Shown here: positions 23,907-24,000 of the stretch, piece by piece
Numbering within the stretch: the first letter of the stretch is position 1
How the letters are laid out: each line of letters starts with the position of its first letter
Assembly: GCA_016874715.1 (NCBI GenBank)
Contig: VGTK01000010.1
Span: 21,418 to 45,417 of the forward strand
Origin: Deltaproteobacteria bacterium
GTDB lineage: Bacteria > Desulfobacterota > Binatia > UBA12015
Length of the DNA: 24,000 nucleotides
Direction: 5' to 3'
Position numbers and translations under genes: made by a program
Notes under the pieces: generated by a model
The model's input: only the letters and a program-made list of their open reading frames with translations
Database searches by the model: none
Told to the model about the DNA's origin: nothing

Positions 23907-24000
23907 CCGGCACTGTCGATAGGCCAGCCAGAGCGCTTCCTCAAGACGCAGGACCGTGCCGGGCCGTCCTTGAGACGCCCCGGGGGGGTCGCTACACCCT

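Noticed and set aside
21871-23913. A 680-aa ORF spanning both permease genes
   Set aside because: The same situation applies here. The real OppC-like protein starts at GTG 22929, and the upstream part overlaps the OppB-like gene out of frame.

Overview
This is a gene-dense, roughly 70% GC window with 29 protein-coding genes. I could not support any rRNA, tRNA, CRISPR array, transposase or integrase, and nothing looks like a defence or accessory island. It reads as core chromosome of a high-GC Gram-negative bacterium. The synteny (KH-rimM-trmD-SPOUT-rplS, DUF507 genes) is reminiscent of deltaproteobacteria-like lineages, but that assignment is only an inference.

There are five transcriptional blocks:
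1. Minus strand, 1-3954: an arnB-arnC-arnA-type 4-amino-arabinose (Ara4N) lipid A modification cluster. ArnA is split into a formyltransferase ORF and a decarboxylase ORF, and the decarboxylase runs off the window.
2. Plus strand, 4111-4551: a lone phasin-like coiled-coil gene.
3. Minus strand, 11150-4688: a tightly coupled seven-gene operon, ldcA / beta-lactamase-fold hydrolase / mpl / Maf-YggS fusion / proC / yggT / FmdB-type zinc ribbon.
4. Plus strand, 11321-18884: two DUF507 paralogues, groES-groEL, then ffh-rpsP-KH-rimM-trmD-SPOUT-rplS-bactofilin.
5. Minus strand, 23906-18911: Opp/Dpp-type ABC permeases and ATPases followed by metF.

I see no convincing wholly novel system. The features most worth a second look are:
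- a near-perfect in-frame 33-bp tandem repeat at the ArnA domain break;
- a Maf-YggS fusion ORF;
- a signal-less beta-lactamase-fold hydrolase between LdcA and Mpl, a candidate AmpD analogue;
- rimM, whose conserved N-terminus lies upstream of any canonical start codon;
- a bactofilin gene translationally coupled to rplS;
- a 24-bp tandem repeat at the 3' end of an ABC ATPase gene.

Many long ORFs in the supplied track are off-frame or antisense artefacts of the high GC content. Several true genes begin well inside the listed ORFs, often at GTG or TTG codons that overlap the upstream stop.
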